The notes under the pieces: model-generated
Told to the model about the DNA's origin: nothing
The model's input: the letters and a program-made list of their open reading frames with translations, nothing else
The model's database searches: none
Position numbers and translations under genes: made by a program
Source of the DNA: Lama glama
Lineage: Eukaryota
Assembly (NCBI GenBank): GCA_028534125.1
Contig: CM052817.1
Location: forward strand, 50,222,001 to 50,286,000
Length of the DNA stretch: 64,000 nucleotides
Reading direction: 5' to 3'
In this document: positions 1 through 12,789 of the stretch, piece after piece
Position numbering within the stretch: position 1 is the first letter of the stretch
Layout of the letters: the number at the start of each line of letters is the position of its first letter

Positions 1-3000
1 CACAAATCAAAAACATACAATAGATACACAAAATCTAGAGAGAAAGGAAAACAAACATACCACTAAAGAAAATCATCAAACAACAAGGGAAGAAACAAAA
101 AGAAGAATAGAGAACAACTATAAAAACACCTGGAAAATAAGTAATAAATGTCAATAAATACATACCTATCAATATGACTTTAAATTTTAATGGACTAAAT
201 GCTCCAATCAAAAGACATTGGGTGGCTGATTAGATAAAAAACAAGACCCATCTATATGCTGCTTATAAGAGACTCACTTCAGAGCTAAAGACATATACAG
301 ATTGAAAGTGACTATATAGAAAAAGATATTTCATACAAATGGAAATGACAAGAAAGTAGGGGAAGCAATATTCAAAGCAGACAAAATGGACTTTAAAAAA
401 TTCTATAAAAAAGATAAAAAAGGGCATTATATAATGAATAATAAAGAGATTAATACAAGAAGTGAATATTATACTCATTAACATATATGCATCTGATACA
501 GAAGCACCTAAATATATAAAGCAAATATTAACAGACATGAAGGGGAAAATTGTTAATAATGCAATAACAGTAGGAGTCTTTAACACCTCACTTACATCAA
601 TGGACAGTTCATCCAGACAGAAAATAAATAAGGCAATAGTGGTCAGAAATGTCACAATAGAACAGTTGAACTTAAATGATAGCTAGAGGACATTACATCC
701 AAGAACAGCAGAATACACATTATTTTCAAGTGTACATGGAATGTTCTCCAGGAGAGAGCATATGCTAGGCCACAACACAAGCCTCAACAAATTAAGAGGA
801 CATAAATTACATCAATAATTTTTTCCCAGATCACAACAATGTGAAACTGGAAACCAATTACAAGAAGAAAGATGGGAAAAGCACAACACATGGAGACCAA
901 ACATGTCCTCTTAAGAAACCAACGGATCAATGAAGAAATCAAGGAGGAAATAAAAAAAAACCTCGACAAATGAAAATGAAAATACAATTTTCCAAAATCT
1001 ATGCGATGGAGCAAAAGCAGTTCTAAGAGGAAGGTTTGTAGTAAAACAGCCCACCTCAAGAAACAATAAAAATCTCAGATAAACAACCTAAACTTCCATC
1101 CAAAGGAATTAGAAAAAGGAGAACAAACAAAGCCCAAAGTCAGCAGCAGGAAGAAAATAATGACGATTAGAGAGAAAATAAGTAAAATAGAGACCAAGAC
1201 AACAATAGAGAAAATCAATAAAACCAAGAGCTGGTGTTTTGAAAAGATAAACAAAATTGATAAATCTTTACTTAGGTTCATCAAGAAGAAAAGAAAGAGG
1301 ACCCAAAAAAGTAAAATAGAAACTGAAAGAGAAGAAATAACAACTGATGTCACAGAGATTCAAAAAAATCATAAGAGAATACAATGGACAGTTATATCTC
1401 AACAAATTGGACAATGGAAAGACACAACCTGCCACGACTGAATCAGAAAGAAATAGATGAAAGATATCAATCACTAGTAGTGTAATTGAATTTGTAATTT
1501 AAAAAAACCTCCCAGCAAACAAAAGTCTAGGGCTGGATGGTTTCACAGGGGAATTCTACCAAACTCATAAAGAAGAACTAATACGTATCCTTCTCAAACT
1601 ATTTGAAATATAAGAAAACAGAACACTCCCATATTCATTCTACTAGGCACCATTGCCTTGGTACCCAAACCAGACAAAGATACTATAGAATAGAAAACTA
1701 CAGGCCAATATTTCTGATGAATATAGATTAAAAATCCTCACCAAAATATTAGCAAACCAAATCCAAATTATAGAAAAAGGATTATACACTGTGACCAAGT
1801 CCAATTTATTCCAGGGATGCAAGGAAGACTCAGTATTTGCAAATAAATCAATGTGATGCACCACATTAACAAAAGGAAGGATAAAAATCACATGATCATC
1901 TCAATAGATGCAGAAAAAGCATCTGACAAAATTCAACATCCATTCATGATAAAAACGCTCATCTAGGTGATTATAGAGGGAATATATCTCAACATGATAA
2001 AGTCCATTTATGACAAACTTACAGCTAACATACTCAATGGTGAAAAGCTAAATGCCTTTCCTCTAAAATCAGAAACAAGACAGGATGCCTACTTTCACCA
2101 TTTCTATTTAAAATAGTATTGGAAGTCCTAGCTACAGCAAGCAGACAAGAAAAAGAAATAAAAATTCAAATTGGAAGAGAAAAGGTAAAACTGTCACTAT
2201 TTGCAGATGACATGATACTATATATAGAAAACCCTAAAGTCTCCATGAAAAAATTATTAGAACTAATAAATGAATTCAGTAAAATTGCAGGATACAAGAT
2301 TAATATACAGAAATCTGTTGCTTTTCTATAATGAACTTTAGAAAGAGAAAGCAAGAAAACGATCCTACTTACAATTGCATAAAAAGAATAAAATACCTAA
2401 GAATAAACTTAACCAGGGAGGTGAAAGACCTGTATTCTAAAAACTATAAAAGGCTGATGAAGTAAAGTAAAGATAATATAAAGAAATGTAAAAGAATCCT
2501 GTGTTCTTGGCTTGGAAGAATTAATATTGTTAAAATGTCTATACTACCCAGGAAATCTACAGATTGAATGCAATCCCTATCAAAATACCACGATAATTTT
2601 TACAGAAGTAAACCAAATAATTTAAAAAATTGTATGGAAACACAAAAGACACCGAATTGCCAAAAAATTATTGAGAAGAAAGAACAAAGCTAGAAGTGTC
2701 ATGCTCCCTGACTTCAGAATACACTACAAAAATACAGCATTCAAAACAGAATGGTACTGGTACCAAAATAGACACATAGATCAATAGAAAGAATAGAGAG
2801 CCCAGAAATGACCTCATAAACTATGGTCAATTAATCTTCAACAAAGGAGGCAAGACTATACAATGGAGAAAAGACAATCTCTTCAATAAGTGGTGCTGGG
2901 AACACTGGACAGCTACGTGTAACAGAATGAGATTAGAACATTCCCTCACACCACATATAAAAAAATAAACTCAAAATGATTTAAAAACCTAAATGTAAGA

Positions 3001-4230
3001 CCTGAAGCCATAAAATTCATAGACAAGAACATAGGCACAATCATCTTTGATATAAATTGTGGTAATGTTTTCATGGCTCAGTCTCCTTAGGCAAAAGAAA
3101 TAAAAGCAAAAATAAACAAATGGGACCTAATTAAACTTAAAAGATTTCACACAGCAAAGGAAATTATGGATAAAATGAAAAGACAACCAATATATTCTCC
3201 TAAATGGGAGAAAATCATTGCAAGTGATATGATTAACATGTGATTATTCTTCAAAATATATTAACAGTTTATTGCAACTAAATATCAAAAAACAAACAAC
3301 ACAATTAAAAATGTGCAGAAGACCTGAATGGATATTTATTCCAAAGAAGACATACAAAATGACTAATAGGCACATAAAAGGATGCTCAATATCACTAAGC
3401 ACTGGAGAAATGAAAATCAAAACCACAATGAAATATCACACCACACCTGTCAGGATGCCTATCACCAAAATGTCTACAGATAACAAATGCTGGCAAGAAT
3501 ATGGAGAAAAGGGAACCCTTGTACACTGTTGGTGGGAATGTAAATTGGTGCAGCCATTATGAATAACAATATAGCGGTTTCTCAAAAAACTAAATATAGA
3601 ACTGTCATAAAATCCAGCAGTTTCACTCCTGGCTATATACCCAGAAAAACGTGATAACACTAATTCAAAAGATACATGCACCCCAATGTTCACAGTAGTG
3701 TTACTTAAAATGGCCAAGATTTGAAAGCAACTTAAGTGTCCATGAATAGATGAATTAAAGAAGATATGGATATTGGAAGTTATAGAATATTACTCAGCCA
3801 TTAAAAAAGAATGAAATTCTGTCATTTTTAGCAATGTGGATGGACCTGGAGAGTATTATGCTTAGTGAAATAAGTCAGATGGGGAAAGACAAATACTGTA
3901 TTTTATCACTTATATGTGGAATATAAAATTTAAAAAAATGAGTGTATATAATAAGACAGAAACAGACTCACAGATACAGAGAACAAGCTAGTGGTTACCA
4001 GTGGGGAGTAGAAAGAGGGTAGGGGCAAGAGTGTGGTGTGGGATTAGAAGATAGAAACTAACATGTATAAAATAGATAAGCTGCAAGGATATATTGTGCC
4101 ACACTGGGAAATATAACCATTGTTTTATAATAACTTTAAATGGAGTATAATGTATAAAAATATTGAATCACTCACTATGTTGTATACCTGAAACTAATAT
4201 AATATTGTAAATCAATTATACTTCATTTAA
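1..4230 (+). mobile_element. Degenerate LINE-1: inter-ORF region, ORF2 (endonuclease, RT, C-terminal Cys-rich domain) and 3' UTR; continues off the left edge
   Basis: ORF2 start-like region at ~148 (aatggactaaatgctccaatcaaaagac = NGLNAPIKR). EN fragment INIYAS..APKYIKQIL at 462-686, RT motif [11 protein letters not shown] at 2119-2331, C-terminal [18 protein letters not shown] at 3272-3562. Many stops and frameshifts. The 3' UTR ends ...tgtaaatcaattatacttca. Confidence 0.97.
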
Positions 4231-4234
4231 ATAA

Positions 4235-4572
4235 GTATCTATTCTCAGCAACTTTTAGATATGCAATACAGTATTACTAACTATAGTTGCCATGCTTACA
4301 TTATATCCCTAGACTTATTTATAACTGGAAGCATGTACCTTTTGGCTCCCTTTACCATGCTTTTCACCTACCCTCCATCCCCTACATCTGGCAACCACCA
4401 ATCTATTCTCTATATTTATAAGCTTGTTTGTTTATTCATTTCTTAGGTTCCACATATAAGTGAGTTCATATGATTTTTGTTCTTCTTTGTCTGATTTATT
4501 TTAGTATAATGCCCTCAAGTGTTGCAAATGAAGGGATTTCCTTCTTTTTTATGGCTGAATTACATTCCACTG
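4235..4572 (-). mobile_element. L1 3' UTR fragment (L1MA-like), tail-to-tail with the preceding L1
   Basis: ggttccacatataagtgag...tttttatggctgaat is the reverse complement of the L1MA ORF2 end and 3' UTR; similar to the copies at 44.2-44.5 kb and 46.1-46.4 kb. Confidence 0.85.
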
Positions 4573-6393
4573 TCAATATCATTACTTTTATAAGCCACAT
4601 AGGTGTATGTTGTATGGTAAACTAATTATCCTGCATGACATTAAAAGTATATTATTAGAACTTTTACAATAAAAAGATTATTCAAGCTCTAAAAGGCCAC
4701 CATGCTTTCTTATAATACCTCTGTTGGTGACATAGTTGGGGTAGAATCCTGGGTAGATGGTCTAAAGTATTGACTCGGATGATGTGGTCTCTGTGTTTCT
4801 CTTTTACTACTCTTCTCCTCTCTGGGACTTTTACATAATCAGGCAGGTAGGTTTCAAGCAGGATCCTGTTAGCATTTTATTATTCTTTCTCTGGAAGATT
4901 CAAACTAAGAGACAACAGCTTCCTGTTTATCTCAATATTTCCAATATGATACTGAACTTGGCCTAAGATGGAAACAAATTTAGAGGTATTGTAAATATCC
5001 TTTCACCTGTATTCTTAGATAGATTCTATATTCAAAGAGCTAAAATAGAAATTAAAATAGAAATGTGATAGGTCTTTGATGTTTAATTGCAGAATGAAGT
5101 CGAGTTCTGAATCCCAGAACTGGTTAATTTTCCTTCCTGTCCTCCAAATTTATTTTTCATCAGAAGAAAGGTGACACATTGTATGGCCGGCACTATGTAT
5201 TCTCTTCTGGGCTTTCCCCCAGATAATGAAGAACAGCAAATAGCTCATCTGATCTTACTTTGTGATAAAGATGATACACACTGCTTTGTAGTCTAAACAT
5301 TGATGTGAAGAGCTGTAATCACATCTGACTGGTAGGCAGACCAGTTGTCCTTTTCTTCAATCTCTCCTGTTGTATTGCTGTGAAGTGCTGTCACAATGAC
5401 TGATAGAAGGATTGAAGCTATAAATTCGGGTGAATGATTCAGTTATACAAGCAGAAATGGTATCTTTCTTGTAAAGCAATCCTGTGTAAGTGGAGTGGAA
5501 AACCACACACATGTGAGTGGTTTCAGGATGCGAAGGAAGATAGCCTCAGTATATTCCAAAATCTCTTTCTTATTCTCTTGAGGATTCCCAAAATTACACA
5601 GATGAAGCTGCAATCTTTAACTCGAGTTTAAGTAAGGATACAGACAACTTGAATGGGTACCATGTTAAGATCAAATGTCCATGAAGTGGGTTTTGAGATA
5701 ATGGAGAAGAATACAAACCCATTAGACACTTGCAGTTGGGAAAATGAAATCATTACCAGAGCAGGGGGGAAAGGGCACTGAAGAAGAACAAATTCCTACA
5801 TCACAATTTTGTCTTGAATTGACTCTATAATTTTTGTCCAAGGAGCCAGTTTCTCTATGAGTCTAGCTGTCTATATGCTCTGTGGTTTTATGTTGTTGCT
5901 CTCTTTAAATTGTGTAACATGTAATCAACAGAAAAAAATTAGAAAATTTACTTACATTTTCAACTTATTCTATTACCATCAATTTATTTGTTTCTGGCAT
6001 GTTTTCTATTAAGGAATTGTCCTACTAAATACAGTAAAGTAGTATACCTTGCCAACCTTTGACAAAATTGCTACCTGGCTAGTTCTGACTGTCTTTGCAA
6101 AGTTTTTGAACATTATCGTAACAGAATAAAAACATAGGATCACAGAACCACATGTATTATAGAAGGTAAATTAAATTCATTATACTTTTTCTCCATACTT
6201 ATTCCACTACAGAGGCAACTTGATCTGATGAAGCTAATTGGTTGGGAGATATGTTTTATTTCTTGGTGTAAAATGTTCATTTCTACATTTAAACTATTTC
6301 ACCTAATTTGAAAAATGGAAATAATATCTGCTCCTCCTCAACTCAGAGGAATATTATAATCACCAAGTAAATTTTTAAAAGCTTGTGCAAAGA

Positions 6394-6529
6394 GGGAGGA
6401 GGATACAGCTCTGTGGTAGGGTGCATGCTTAGCATGCACAAGGTCCTGGGCTCAATCCCCAGTACCTCCGTTAAATAAATTAAAAAAGAAAAACCTAATT
6501 ACCTCCCCTCTCCCCCTCCCTCCCAAAAA
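6394..6529 (+). mobile_element. tRNA-derived SINE, camelid Vic-1-like
   Basis: ggatacagctctgtggtagggtgcatgcttagcatgcacaaggtcctgggctcaatccccagtacctcc has a tRNA-like head with A/B boxes, then an A-rich segment and aacctaattacctcccc tail. A degenerate TSD (tttaaaagcttgtgcaaa / tttaaaaacttaatgcaaa) flanks it. Confidence 0.9.
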
Positions 6530-6559
6530 GCTTTAAAAACTTAATGCAAATAGTACAGA

Positions 6560-8680
6560 GACCTCTAGAATGGCAGAGTAAGGAGTTTGGTAGTCTCTTT
6601 CCTTAGCAAACAGCAATTTAACTGATGAAAATGATTTTTAAAAAACCAAACATTTATGGTTTTTTAAGGCATACAGAGAATGAAAAACATTCATTAAAGA
6701 AAATCTACTAAATCTTAGTAAGAATAGAAGAAGTTATGGCGTTTAAGTTATGTCTTGTTCCCTTACACTGCTGCCCACCTGTACCCAGCTCTGTGTCACA
6801 GCAGCTCTGTCCCAGCTGTGTACAGCCAAGAAGACAAGGGATCCCTTTAACTTCCAATTTGGGCTAAAGTTTCATCCCTGGAAGAACAGGCTGCCACTTC
6901 TCATCCCTCAAAGCTCCAGTTGTAGGTAGGTGCAAAGAGAGGATTGGTTCTCCCTTTGCCCACCTAGCTGCTGCTCAAAGGGCAAGAACTTCACTCTAAC
7001 CTACTCCTAACATTCTTATGAAAATGAAAGAAACCCAGAACAGCCAAAACAATTCTGAAAAGGAGTATTAGAGCATTAACACTTCATGATTTTAAAACCT
7101 ACCACAAAGCTATAATAATCAAGACAATGTGGTATTGGCATATGTAGATATATGGATCAATGGAATAGAATCGAGTCTAAAAATAAACTCATATTTACAG
7201 TCAATTGACTTTTGACAAGGTTGTTAAGACAATTCAATTGGAGCAAGAATGATTTTCAGCAAATAGTGCTGGGAAATGAGGTATCCATATGGAGAAGAAT
7301 GAAGTTGAACCGCTATCTCATACCCTACACAAAATAACACAAAATGGATTGTAGACCTAAATGTAAAAAACTCTCAGAAACAATTATAGGAGTAAAGCTT
7401 CATGATCTTGGGTTAGGCAATGGTTTCTTAAATACAACACTAAAAGCACAAATGACAAAATAAAAAACAGATAAGCTGGACTACATCAAAATTTAAAACT
7501 TTTGTGCTGAAAACAATGCCATCAAGAGAATGAAAAGACAATCTGCATAATGGGAGAAAAGTTTTGCAAGTCACATATGTAATAAGGGACTTGTATCCAG
7601 TATATACAGAACGCTTATAATTCAATAATAAAAAGACTCAGTAGCTCAATTAACAAGTGGATATAGGATCTGAATAGTCATTTCTCTAAAGAAGATTCAT
7701 GGCAAGTAAGCACTTGAAGTGATGCTCAGCAACATTAGTCACTAGAAACATGCAAATCAAAACTCCAGTGAGAGAAGATGTCGTAACTAATAGATGATTA
7801 TAATAATAAAACACAGACAATTGCAAGTATTGGTGAGAATGTGGGAAAATTCTAACACTCATATGTTACTAGTGGGAATGTAAAATGGCATAGTTCTTTG
7901 TCCTTTTTTTAGTGGGGGTAGGTAATTAGGTTTATTTATTTATATTAATGGAGATACTGGGGATTGACTCCAGGACCTCGTGCATGCTAAGCACACGCTC
8001 TACCACTGAGTTACACCCTCCCCACCCTGGTGTAGGTCTTTGGAAAAGTCTGGCGTTTCCTCTAAATATTACACACAGAGTTCCCATATGACCTAGCAAT
8101 TCTAATTTTTAGTTTTCTACCCCAAAGAAATTAAAACATGTTCACATACAAAAAACTCTCCATGAATGTTCAGAGCAGCATTAGTCATAATAGTCAAAAA
8201 GTAGAAACAACCCAAGTGTTCATTCACTGATGAGTGGGAAAATATAAAATGTGGTATAACCACATACTGGAATATTATTCAGCAATAAAAAGAAATGAAG
8301 TAATGATACATGCTGCAAAATGGATAAAACCTGAAAATATGCTGAGTAAAAATGGCAGTCCTAACAGAGCACATACTGTATGATCCCATTCCTATGAAAC
8401 GTTCCAAATAGGCAAATCTATAGAGAGTGAAAATAGGTTAGTGGTTGTCTAAGGCTGGGTGTGAAGTGGATGGAAAAGAATGAGAGTATTATGGGCTTAA
8501 AAAATTTTTTTTTCTGGAGGGACAAAAATCTTCTAAAATTAGATTGTGATAATGGTTGTGTAATGCTGTGACTACAGTAAAAAAACAGTGAATTGAACAC
8601 TTTAAATGGACAAATTGTATGTTTGTTAATTACATCCCAAGAAAGCTTTTCAAACAAGTAAAACTGTTAGCATTAAAAAA
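6560..8680 (+). mobile_element. Old L1 (L1MB-like): possible 5' UTR-like piece (6560-6960) plus ORF2 3' end and 3' UTR (7020-8680), interrupted by a SINE
   Basis: caaagctataataatcaagacaatgtggtattggc, ggactacatcaaaatttaaaacttttgtgc and ataggcaaatctatagag...ttagtggttgtctaaggctgg are typical L1M ORF2 and 3' UTR sequences. Confidence 0.85.
7903..8027 (-). mobile_element. tRNA-derived SINE, camelid Vic-1-like, inserted in L1
   Basis: Reverse complement of the 6394 SINE (gatactggggattgactccaggacctcgtgcatgctaagcacacgctctaccactgag). 15-bp TSD TGGCATAGTTCTTTG (7886-7900) / TGGTGTAGGTCTTTG (8028-8042). Confidence 0.92.
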
Positions 8681-9414
8681 AGCATTTATGTGAAACACTT
8701 AAGCTTTTAATATTGATGTGCTTTTTGATAATTATATTTATCTTACCTTCAAGGAGAAAAGGCAGAGCCATTTTTCTTCCCAAAATAATATTTTGTTTCC
8801 ATAAAATAACTTCAAGTGGTTAGACTATTTATCGTAAAGAATGGAATTTAAAAATCTAACAGGTTCTCTCCTTTGTCATATTTCATATTTGAATGAGAAA
8901 GCCCATGGTAAGTGTATGGAGGAAAAACAAATTCATCTTTATTGTATAGAATGTCTAAAAAAGCATCTACATCTGTGCAACTTGGTAGAAAACAGATTTT
9001 ATTACCTATGACACTTTAGTGAACTTCTTCAACTTTTTTTTTGAGAAAATGAGTAATTTTCATTCTATAAGCAGCTTTATAATTTTCAGTTCCAAGTTTA
9101 CATTTTCACAATAGCTCAAATTGGCTAAAGACTTGAAAACAAAAATATATATTATAATTCTGGTATAAAGTGATGCTTAGTGTTATTGAAATATGTTGAA
9201 CTTAAAAAGTTAATTCCTATAAATTTTACCTCTCAATGCCGTTCTAAGACCATGTACCTGCATCTCTGTGTCAGACACTACTGCCAGGTGAAAGTGTCTT
9301 GTGTATGAACTCAGCAAGCAGCTTCTTTGCCAAGCAAGACCAACTGAAGATCTGAAGAGAATGCATATGATCTAGCTGGTTACACTGTTAATAAAATGTA
9401 TTAATTTTTTTACA

Positions 9415-9550
9415 CTTTTATTGTGGTATGGTTCCTGCACAGTAAACTACATATATTTCAGATACACAATTTGATGAATTTTGATAGATGTACACACCAA
9501 TGAAGCTACCACCATAATCAAGATAGCTAATATTTCCATCACTCCCCAAG
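9415..9550 (-). mobile_element. Old L1 3' end fragment (L1MC/L1ME-like)
   Basis: ttttattgtggtat...caatttgatgaattttga...accaccataatcaagata...atttccatcactcccc. Confidence 0.7.
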
Positions 9551-9559
9551 AGGTATAAT

Positions 9560-9821
9560 TTTTGAATTCCCAATTTATCGCCTCCCATCCTCTTTACTCC
9601 CTGATAATGATAAGTTAGTTCTCTATGTCTGTGAGTCTGTTTCTGTTTTGTAAATAAGTTCATCTGTGTCCTTTTTTCCCCAGATTCCACATATAAGCAA
9701 TATCATACGGCACTTTTCTTTCTCTTTCTGGCTTACTTCACTTGTAATGACAATCTCTAAGTCCATCCATGTTGCTGCAAAATGGCATTATTTTATTCTT
9801 TTTTATGCCTGAGTAGTATTC

Positions 9822-9870
<49 letters not shown>

Positions 9871-10660
9871 TGTGTACACAAACACATACATACCACATCT
9901 TTATCCAGTCATCTGTCAATGGACATTTGGGTTGTTTCCATGTCTTGGTTATTATAAATAGAGCTGCTCTGAACATCGGTGTGTATGTGTTTTTTTGAAT
10001 TGTATTTTTCTCTGGATATGTGTCCAGGAGTGGTATTGCTAGATCATATGGTAAGCCTATTTTCAGTTTTTTAAGGAACCTCTGTACTGTCCTCCACAGT
10101 GGCTGCACCTCTTTACATTCCCACCAACAGTGTAGAAGAGTTCCTTTTTTTCCACACCCTCTCCAGCATTTGTCATTTGTAGATTTTTTAATGATGGCCC
10201 TTCTGGTAGGTGTGAGGTGATATCTCATTGTAGTTTTGATTTGAATTTCTCTGAAAACTAGAGATATTGGAGCATCTTTTCATGAGCTTGCTGGACTTCT
10301 GTATGTCTTCTTTGCTCTATTTAGGTCTTCTGCCCATTGTTTTTTATTGGGTTGCTTGTTTTTATTTGATACTAAGGTATATGAGCTGTTTGTATATTTT
10401 GGAAATTAGTCCCTTCTCAGCTGCATCATTTGAAAATATTTTCTCCCATTCTGTAGGTTGTCTTTTTGTTTTGTTGATGATATCCTTAGCTGTGCAAAAG
10501 CTTTTACATTTCATTAGATCCCATTTTTTTTTTTGACTTTATTTCCATTACTCCAGGAGCTGGTTCCAAAATATATTGCTGTGATTTATGTCCAAGAGTG
10601 TTCTGCCTATGTTTTCCTCTAGGAGTTTTTATAGTATCTGGTCTTACATTCCAGTCTTTT
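9560..10660 (-). mobile_element. Artiodactyl/camelid-type L1, ORF2 3' end and partial 3' UTR
   Basis: The minus ORF 9803-10228 ([39 protein letters not shown]...YTPMFRAALFIITKTWKQPKCP) is the L1 ORF2 C-terminus. Confidence 0.95.
9824..9867. repeat. (GT)~22 microsatellite inside L1
   Basis: Direct read. Confidence 0.98.
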
Positions 10661-10929
10661 AACTAGATATTAAGTAGATATTAAAAATAAGAGAAAATAT
10701 CTTTAGAAGAAAGATGATCAATAATAAAGATGACCTAAAATAGAATAATAAAATCTATAAATGTTTTAATAATCACTGCTTAACTCAACTTAACTCTGAT
10801 GTCTCCTCAGTCTAATCAGAGCTCATTGTAATTTTGGCCATTGAAAAGAAGGTTTAGTTGTTGGCCTGTTCAGAGCTTCTCTTTGTCTGATTCTACTGAG
10901 TTTTGTGAGTCAAGGTAGCCTTTAAAGTA

Positions 10930-11135
10930 ACATTTGGCAAACTTTTTCTATGAAGGATCAGATAGTAAATTTTTTTTTTTAGCTTTGTGGGTTTAAGGTC
11001 TTTGTGAAAAGCATTCAGCTCTGCCTTTGTGGTGTAAAAGCAGTCATGGACATTCTATAAATGAACAGGCATCGCTATGTTCTAGTAAAACTTTATTTAC
11101 AAAACAAGCCAGTGGACAGAGTTTGCCAACCTGCT
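10930..11135. mobile_element. hAT-Charlie MITE, MER58A-like
   Basis: ggcaaactttttctatgaagg...aaaactttatttacaaaa...agtttgccaacc, with inverted termini ggcaaact / agtttgcc. Confidence 0.85.
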
Positions 11136-11518
11136 TTAGAGTTTAATTTGCTTGGAACTTATGAATTTCTCCCTGTTTTAAATTGATCTTGGCTAGAAAT
11201 TTAGATGTTTCTATCAGGAGGATGATTAGTTCCTCTGAATATGAGACAGGAGTGTGGCCTCATGATGATGTTCATCCAGTTAGGAAAGCTAGCATCATTG
11301 CTGTACAAATACACTTCTTTTTTTTTTTTTTTTGATATTCAACAAAGGTAAGGGGATCTCTTATGTCAGGGTTTTTCCTTAAGAACTTTCATTACCCTGC
11401 TCTTCATTTTCAGGTTCTTAAATTAATTTCAAAACTTTAGCTATTGTAATTTCTTACTTTTAATGAGAATGTTTGTATTTGTATTTATCTTTTAGGTCTT
11501 TAACAATTGATTTATCCC

Positions 11519-11702
11519 TGGGTTGCCAGATTTAGCAAATAAAAATATAGAACTCTCAATTAAATTTGATTTAATTTAGATAAACAATGAAAATTTTCTC
11601 ATTATAAGTGAGTTTCATGCAATATTGGGGAACCCATAAAAATCTGTTGTTTATCTGAAATTAAAATGTAACTAGGCATTCTGTATTTTATATGTTAACC
11701 CT
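11519..11702 (+). mobile_element. hAT MITE, MER53-like (palindromic)
   Basis: gggttgccagatttagcaaataaaaatatag...tgcaatattggg...ttgtttatctgaaatt...ctgtattttatatgttaaccct. Confidence 0.88.
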
Positions 11703-12789
11703 AGTTTATTCTCCATCCCAACATTTTCAAAACATGTTCAGAAAATAACTTTTCATTTACCATCATAGGGATTTCAGTAACATTATATTTGCTCCAAATG
11801 TCTGTTTAGCTACTTTCCATATATTTTGCTGAAGTATTTTTTCCATAATAATTTAAACTATCTACTGTATATAAAGCAAATTATACATAATATCCACTCT
11901 CCAGAAGGTTAGCAACCACTTCCTATGTAGACTTTATTCTGTTTCTTTTCTCCCAGTTTTCCTGACTACCCAACTAACCAACCAAATGCTCTCACTTTAC
12001 ATGTGCCAATATCCTGCATCTCATATTTATCAAGTCCTCTACTCTTTTCCTGGTATTTTACTTCTTCCTACCTGGCCAATAATTTGCACTTCACACCTGC
12101 ATGAGACAAAGCAAGGCGTATTATAAAACTTTTATTAATATTTAAACATTTTACCAAAGTAGTACATGCACATTATTTAAAATAATAATACTAGCAGACT
12201 ATATTTAATAATAGCATCCATCTGCCGCATTCTCTCCTCTCCGATTTCTACTACCTTGAGATAATTATGTTCATACATTTTAATTGATTGATTATTCTGA
12301 TCAGTGTCCTCTGTTTATGTTGCTATTTCTTGATTTTTCAATTTTATTCTTTCAATTCAATTTTATTCCTCTTCTAATTTTTTCAGCATCATTATATTAC
12401 ATTATTTTATTATTCACAGATGACTCAAGAGTGGTTCTATGGTTATATTTCTTTTCTTGTTATATTTTTGCTTTTCTTGAAGTTAATGTTAATATCTAAG
12501 GTCTAATGGAATTAATACCTAATCTTGCAATTTGTTTCATTTTCTCTAAATCTGTTGCTAATTAATCTACTTACAGAGATTGTACTAAATTTCTTTAAAC
12601 AAAGTAGATATTTTGCCAGCTTCTCATCTTGGAGCCATCTTTCTTGGGCCTCTGTTCTCACATTTCAATTGGGAACACTTGACCTCTAAGTCTGTTGCAC
12701 TGATTCATCCTGCATGCTTCAGGATCAACCTGGAAGTTCCTTGTGCCGTATGTACTCTCTTTTTTCTCAGATCACTTTAGTTTATTTCA

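Noticed and set aside
263..1891. Hydrophobic minus-strand ORFs resembling membrane proteins (also 10267, 46841, 62339-63512)
   Set aside because: Antisense translations of A-rich L1 sequence, giving F/L/I-rich artefacts.
148..3880. Functional L1 ORF2 / reverse transcriptase gene
   Set aside because: Broken by many stops, frameshifts and deletions; only short fragments remain open.
6394..6470. tRNA gene (also 7955-8025)
   Set aside because: The tRNA-like head is followed by a SINE tail and flanked by TSDs; no complete acceptor stem.
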